DNA of 64,000 nt from a virus. The notes beneath the pieces are model-generated. The model saw nothing but the letters and a program-made list of their open reading frames with translations, did not search any database and was not told the origin of the DNA. The stretch covers positions 51,582 to 115,581 of IMG/VR virus record IMGVR_UViG_3300023210_000013; one strand, 5' to 3'. Position 1 is the first letter of the stretch, and every line of letters begins with the position of its first letter. Positions 57,490 to 64,000 of this stretch are shown in pieces. The translations under genes were made by a program, and so were the position numbers.

Positions 57490-58476
57490 ATGAACAGAGA
57501 CTTTCAAAAAGAAGATGAATTTTACAAGAAAGATTTTAGGTTTAGTTATTCATCACTAAACAAACTATTATTTTCACCTACCTTATTTTATAAGGATTAT
57601 ATATTATTTGACCGTGAACTTCAGACGGACAAACACCTTGTAGAAGGTAAGCTTGTGCATTGTCTAGTATTTGAACCAGAAAACTTGACAAGTAAATTTA
57701 ACATTGTACCTGGTAAAAGTCCCAGTGACAATATTAGAAAAGTATTAAAGGATATGGCTTTTCATACTGATGCAAAAACATTAACTGCTTGTGATGATGA
57801 AACAATTTTAGAATCACTTAAGAATTTGAATTTATTTCAATCTCTTAAAGCTGATGAGTCAAGAATTGCTAAAGTAAGAACAGAAGATAATGAGCCTTAC
57901 TGGAAGTTTTTAAATAATTCTAATGTTGATGTTGTTGATCAAGATACTTTAAGTAAATGTACAGATAAAGCAAATGTCATTAAAGAAAATAAAGATGTTA
58001 TGTCTTTGTTTGAAAATAAATCAACTGATTTTGATTTGGACCCTGTTGAAATATTTGCAGAACAATACTTAACATGTAAGCTAAATGATAAACCATTTGG
58101 ATTACACGGGTATATTGATTTTTATAAAATAGACTCTGAAAAAAAAGAGGTAACAATTTGTGACCTTAAAACAACCGCTAAAGGAATAGCAAAGTTTGCA
58201 GATACTGTAGATTATTACAACTACTGGTTGCAAGCTTCTATATATATAAAATTACTAATAGAAAATTTAACAGAAGAACAGCAAGATTACAATATTATAT
58301 TTAAATTTGCTGTAATAGATAATTATAATCAGGTTTATGTTTTTGATGTAACTGATAATACATTAGCTAACTGGGGTGTTGCTTTTAATGCGGTACTTAA
58401 CCAGGCTGAGTATCATTATAAGGAAAAAAACTTTAGTTTACCTTATGAATTCTTAGCAGAAACTGTTAAATTGTAA
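57490..58476 (+). CDS. PD-(D/E)XK exonuclease (RecE/DUF3799-like)
   Basis: SYSSL, GKLVH, GYID, DLKT and YWLQASIY. Confidence 0.8.
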   Translation: MNRDFQKEDEFYKKDFRFSYSSLNKLLFSPTLFYKDYILFDRELQTDKHLVEGKLVHCLVFEPENLTSKFNIVPGKSPSDNIRKVLKDMAFHTDAKTLTACDDETILESLKNLNLFQSLKADESRIAKVRTEDNEPYWKFLNNSNVDVVDQDTLSKCTDKANVIKENKDVMSLFENKSTDFDLDPVEIFAEQYLTCKLNDKPFGLHGYIDFYKIDSEKKEVTICDLKTTAKGIAKFADTVDYYNYWLQASIYIKLLIENLTEEQQDYNIIFKFAVIDNYNQVYVFDVTDNTLANWGVAFNAVLNQAEYHYKEKNFSLPYEFLAETVKL

Positions 58477-58477
58477 T

Positions 58478-59056
58478 ATGGGCGTTGTATATACGGATTA
58501 TTTTCAGAAAAGTAAAGTGTTTTTATACCCTTTGCTAAAACTAAAAAAAGGTATAGACTTTGTTCCTGAGCAAACATTTTTTGCTTGGGAAGGAGTTTAT
58601 AAACCGGAAGAGTGTAAATTTCTCTGCTTATACAACACAAAACTTGATAATAAATTTTTAAAATTTGAACTAGATTACTTGAATAGTCATCCTTTGTTAG
58701 AAGCGTGCTTCAGATTAGATGATTGCAACCAACTATATGTATTTGACATGATTGAATACAAACATGATTTATATGCTTTTATAAAAGGTGATTATTCAAA
58801 GTTTAGTTTAAAATCAAAAAATTCTATTGAAGAGTTTTTTGGAAGTGTGGGTAATATATCTAAGTACGTTAATACTTTCTTATACCCTGAAGATTATCAT
58901 ACAGATTATGCTGAATTTTTAGACGTAGAGTTAAGTATTATAGAAAGAGTACATGAATTATGCACACCACCGGATCAAGAAAAAGAAACATTAATACAAA
59001 AAGTTCCCTTAGAACTAGAGATATTTAAAAATAAATCAATATCTTTGAATAAATAA
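58478..59056 (+). CDS. Hypothetical protein
   Basis: 192 aa with a FIKGDYSKFS motif. Confidence 0.6.
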   Translation: MGVVYTDYFQKSKVFLYPLLKLKKGIDFVPEQTFFAWEGVYKPEECKFLCLYNTKLDNKFLKFELDYLNSHPLLEACFRLDDCNQLYVFDMIEYKHDLYAFIKGDYSKFSLKSKNSIEEFFGSVGNISKYVNTFLYPEDYHTDYAEFLDVELSIIERVHELCTPPDQEKETLIQKVPLELEIFKNKSISLNK

Positions 59057-59064
59057 TAAAACCA

Positions 59065-59484
59065 ATGGCTACAATAGGACAAAATATGATGCTGATTAAT
59101 TCAGCATTTAGAAATGCAAAATCTTTTAGTTTATTACCTGTAAGCAGTGACTCACCATATGTTGAGGCAATGTTTGACCCTTCTTCTGGAATTCTTGCTG
59201 TGATTAGTAAAGTGCAAAAAACTTCTTTTCACATGATTCCAAGATTAGATGATAATGGACAACCTCAAAGGTTAAAGACACCAAATCAACAAACTGGTAA
59301 AACAGTTAAAGAACAAAGGGTAAGTATGGATACTTTCTCTGAATTCTATATATCAGATAAAAAAGATATTGAAATTTTCATTCAGTTATTTGCAATTAAC
59401 GCTGATAATTTTGAATGGAAAGAATATTTAGAAGTTGACATCAATAAAACTGAACCTTCTAAAATAATCTTACCAGGTCAATAA
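59065..59484 (+). CDS. Hypothetical protein
   Basis: 139 aa with its own promoter octamer and terminator. Confidence 0.6.
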   Translation: MATIGQNMMLINSAFRNAKSFSLLPVSSDSPYVEAMFDPSSGILAVISKVQKTSFHMIPRLDDNGQPQRLKTPNQQTGKTVKEQRVSMDTFSEFYISDKKDIEIFIQLFAINADNFEWKEYLEVDINKTEPSKIILPGQ

Positions 59485-59505
59485 AGGTCTAATACTCTAT
59501 TGATT

Positions 59506-59541
59506 GCCAAAAGAAGCTCATTAATTTGGGCTTTTTTTGGC
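59506..59541 (+). terminator. Intrinsic terminator
   Basis: GCCAAAAGAAGCTCA-TTAATT-TGGGCTTTTTTTGGC extended hairpin. Confidence 0.65.
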
Positions 59542-59583
59542 TCTAATAGATTTTATAGAGATGAATATACAAACACATAAAGA

Positions 59584-61590
59584 ATGAATCATTGGGTAAT
59601 GGACTATGAAACATTGTATGATTGTTTTACAGCCGTGTTTGAACACTACAAAACTAAGGAAACTAAAGTTTTTGTAATTAGCAGGTTAAGAAATGATCAG
59701 TCAGAGTTTTTAAGTTTCTTAAAACAAAACATAAATAAAAAAGAGTGGCATATATCCTATAACGGATTAGCATTTGATGCGCAAGTCACTCATTATATAT
59801 TAGATAATGTTGATAGTTGGAAAGACCAAGAAGGTTTAGATCTTGATGGTCATTTAACAGCTAACATAATTTACAAGTTTGCTCAGAGAACAATAACAAA
59901 AAGTAACAATAGAGAGTTTGCTGATTATCCTGAATGGAAAATGCAAATAGGTCAAATAGATTTATTTAAAATGCATCATTGGGACAACCCGGCTAAACGT
60001 TCTAGTCTTAAGTGGATTCAGTATAGCATGGATTGGGATAACATTCTTGATATGCCTATTCACCATGGTTCAGAAATACGTAGTCAAGAACAATTAAATA
60101 CTGTACTAGAATACAATATCAATGATGTTAAATCAACTAAAGAAATTTTTAGTAGATCTACTGACTTGATAAAGTTAAGGAAAGAATTGACTGCTACATA
60201 TGATATAAATCTGTTTAGTGCTTCAGAACCTAGAATTAGTAAAGAACTCTTTGCTTACTACATGTCTGATAAGTTAAACATAAACAAAAGAGATCTTAAA
60301 AAAATGAGAACTTTTAGAAAAAGTATAAAGTTTAAAGACATTATACTTGATTATATAAAGTTTGAATCTCCTGAGTTTAAAGGTTTACTTGAAAGGTTTA
60401 AAGCTGTAGAGTTAAACCCTGATAATTTAAAAGGTGCATTTAAGTACTCTTTAGATTACAAAGGTGTTAAGACTCATTTTGGTGTAGGTGGTGTTCATGG
60501 TGCAAGAAAATCAGGTATCTATGAATCAGATGATGATAATATAATTATGTCATCAGATGTTACTTCCTTCTATCCCAATTTGGTAATTAGAAATAAGTGG
60601 GCACCCGGTCACTTTCCTGTAGATGAATTTTGCAATCAGTATGAATGGTTCTTTGAAGAGCGTAAGAAGATACCTAAGAGCAATCCAATGAATTATGTAT
60701 ATAAGATTATACTAAATTCTACTTTTGGTCTTAGCAATGATGTAAATAGCTTCTTTTATGATCCTGAGCTTACCATGCGCATTACAATTAACGGTCAACT
60801 TAGTTTGATGATGTTATATGAAATGTTAATGGAAAAAATACCTGGAGCAATTCCATTAATGCAAAATACTGATGGTGTAGAAATCAAAATACCTAAAGAG
60901 TATAAAGATGACTACCTTGGTATATGTAAACAATGGGAAGATATCACTAACTTACAGTTAGAACATGATGAATATCAAAAGTTAGTGTTGGGTGATGTAA
61001 ACAATTATATAGGGTTAAACAACTGGAAACAAGTTGATATGAGTATTTGGCGTGATGTTAAAGCTAAAAACCCACATTACAAGTACAAAGTTGATGGAGA
61101 TAAGTTTTTCTTTGCTCCTGCTAAAATGAAAGGTAGATATGACTTTTTTAACTTAGCATTGCATAAAAACAAATCTAAGTTGATTATACCTAAAGCTGTA
61201 TACAATTATTTTATACATGATATATTACCAGAAATTTACTTGAATTCTAATAAAAATATCTTAGATTATTGTATAGGTAGTAAGTCCAAAGGTGATTGGA
61301 AACAAGTAGCTAGAAATATTAAAGATGGAGCTTTTCATGAAGAAGAGTTACAAAAAATAAATAGGTACTATATTTCTAATAACGGAGTTAAAATCATAAA
61401 AGTAAACAAAACAGATGCAAGAGAAATTCAGTTAGAAGCTGGTAAATGGATCCAAAAAGTGTTTAACAATATGAAAATAGAAACGGCCTGGGACAAGTAT
61501 GATATAAACAAGGGGTATTATTTAACTGCTATTGAACAAGAAATCAATAACATTTTAGAAGTACCTAGTAATCAATTAACATTATTCTAA
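59584..61590 (+). CDS. polB: Family B DNA polymerase
   Basis: Exonuclease motifs DYET, YNGLAFD and YNIND; polymerase motifs SDVTSFYP, KIILNSTFG and NTDG. Confidence 0.9.
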   Translation: MNHWVMDYETLYDCFTAVFEHYKTKETKVFVISRLRNDQSEFLSFLKQNINKKEWHISYNGLAFDAQVTHYILDNVDSWKDQEGLDLDGHLTANIIYKFAQRTITKSNNREFADYPEWKMQIGQIDLFKMHHWDNPAKRSSLKWIQYSMDWDNILDMPIHHGSEIRSQEQLNTVLEYNINDVKSTKEIFSRSTDLIKLRKELTATYDINLFSASEPRISKELFAYYMSDKLNINKRDLKKMRTFRKSIKFKDIILDYIKFESPEFKGLLERFKAVELNPDNLKGAFKYSLDYKGVKTHFGVGGVHGARKSGIYESDDDNIIMSSDVTSFYPNLVIRNKWAPGHFPVDEFCNQYEWFFEERKKIPKSNPMNYVYKIILNSTFGLSNDVNSFFYDPELTMRITINGQLSLMMLYEMLMEKIPGAIPLMQNTDGVEIKIPKEYKDDYLGICKQWEDITNLQLEHDEYQKLVLGDVNNYIGLNNWKQVDMSIWRDVKAKNPHYKYKVDGDKFFFAPAKMKGRYDFFNLALHKNKSKLIIPKAVYNYFIHDILPEIYLNSNKNILDYCIGSKSKGDWKQVARNIKDGAFHEEELQKINRYYISNNGVKIIKVNKTDAREIQLEAGKWIQKVFNNMKIETAWDKYDINKGYYLTAIEQEINNILEVPSNQLTLF

Positions 61591-62249
61591 TGGCACAAAA
61601 CGTAGAGAAAAAAGCTCCAAAAGGTTCAGTGAAGTTTACAATAACTCTTTCAGAAGAGCAAAAAGCAGCAAAGGATGCTATATTAAAGCATCCTTTTAAT
61701 TTTATAGTGGGTAATGCAGGTAGTGGTAAAACACTACTTGCAACTCAAGTAGCTCTTGATCAATTTTTTAAACGGAATTACAACAAAATTATCATTACAA
61801 GACCTACAGTGTCTACTGAAGATAATGGTTTTCTTCCTGGTTCAGAAAAAGAAAAAATGGAGCCTTGGTTAGTTCCTATTAGATCTAATATGAGGAAGGT
61901 TTATAACAAACCTGCCATACTAGAAAAAATGGAAAATGAAGAGAAGATTGAATTAGTATCTCTTGCACACTTTAGAGGTAGAACATTTAATAACTCAATA
62001 GTTATTATAGATGAGTTTCAAAATTTAACAAGATCACAACTAGCAATGGTTCTTGGAAGATTAGGTAAAGATTCAACAATGATGCTATGTGGAGATAATC
62101 AACAGATTGATTTAAAAGATAGAAATTATTCTGCTATTAATGAAGTAGCAAAAATAATTGGATCTAAATACGTTAACAAGATTATTTTAACAGATAACCA
62201 CAGACACGAGTCACTAATAGAAGTATTAGAATTATTAAAAAACAATTAA
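61590..62249 (+). CDS. phoH: PhoH-like ATPase
   Basis: GNAGSGKT, ITRP, GFLPG, RGRTF, IDEFQN and GDNQQID. Confidence 0.92.
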   Translation: MAQNVEKKAPKGSVKFTITLSEEQKAAKDAILKHPFNFIVGNAGSGKTLLATQVALDQFFKRNYNKIIITRPTVSTEDNGFLPGSEKEKMEPWLVPIRSNMRKVYNKPAILEKMENEEKIELVSLAHFRGRTFNNSIVIIDEFQNLTRSQLAMVLGRLGKDSTMMLCGDNQQIDLKDRNYSAINEVAKIIGSKYVNKIILTDNHRHESLIEVLELLKNN

Positions 62250-63872
<1,623 letters not shown>

Positions 63873-63890
63873 AAAACTAAAAACTAAATT

Positions 63891-64000
63891 ATGGATTATT
63901 TTGAATTAGAATGTGCAGTTGAAAACTGGGCAGAAGAAAAAGGTATTCTTGCTAAAGCTACACCAATGGCCCAGTCATTGAAAACATTAGAAGAAACAAC
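63891..64000 (+). CDS. MazG-like NTP pyrophosphohydrolase (partial, runs off the right edge)
   Basis: MDYFELECAVENWAEEKGILAKATPMAQSLKTLEET matches the W..(E/D)(R/K)G...Q..K..EE start of MazG-like proteins. Confidence 0.6.
   Translation, partial: MDYFELECAVENWAEEKGILAKATPMAQSLKTLEET

Larger units (their letters stand above)
3303..59047. promoter_or_regulatory. Bacteroidota-type -7 promoter octamers (TAnnTTTG)
   Basis: Minus strand: 3303-3310, 6091-6098, 20660-20667, 22910-22917, 35148-35155, 36016-36023, 45519-45526. Plus strand: 46244-46251, 59040-59047. All lie shortly upstream of correctly oriented starts. Confidence 0.6.

Noticed and set aside
28907-61590. Introns or inteins in terL, MCP, helicase or polB
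   Set aside because: The ORFs are continuous, of expected size, and lack intein terminal motifs.

Overview
This 64 kb window is AT-rich, gene-dense bacteriophage DNA read in the standard code. Gene order and protein families fit a crAss-like (Crassvirales-related) podophage of Bacteroidota, probably Flavobacteriia; PhoH, GroEL/GroES, a ferritin-like protein and MazG suggest an aquatic or marine phage. The left arm (1-~35950, minus strand) is the late virion module: ring proteins, HU/IHF-like proteins, a metallophosphoesterase, Cys-rich FN3, collagen and other fibres, a ferritin-like protein, major capsid, scaffold, portal, terminase, GroES, a PD-(D/E)XK nuclease and an amidase endolysin. The right arm (~36180-64000, plus strand) holds small early genes and then the replication module: SF2 helicase, an atypical UDG, a DnaA-domain-IV-like protein, DnaB, AAA ATPase, probable SSB, primase, resolvase, a vWA-peptidase/MoxR module, exonuclease, PolB, PhoH, GroEL and MazG. 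The most unusual part is the divergence zone at ~36000-39830. It contains C-tracts with a G-quadruplex motif, a duplicated small gene with a shared upstream motif, and about 1.2 kb of ORF-free DNA that I can hand-fold into at least seven multi-stem RNA modules, with pseudoknots and a terminator/antiterminator overlap. Other highlights are a UDG with its catalytic Asp and thymine-excluding Tyr replaced, three paralogous proteins flanking the MoxR/vWA pair, and a -1 frameshift that hides the acidic tail of the probable SSB. All product calls come from motif recognition and synteny; no searches or folding programs were run.
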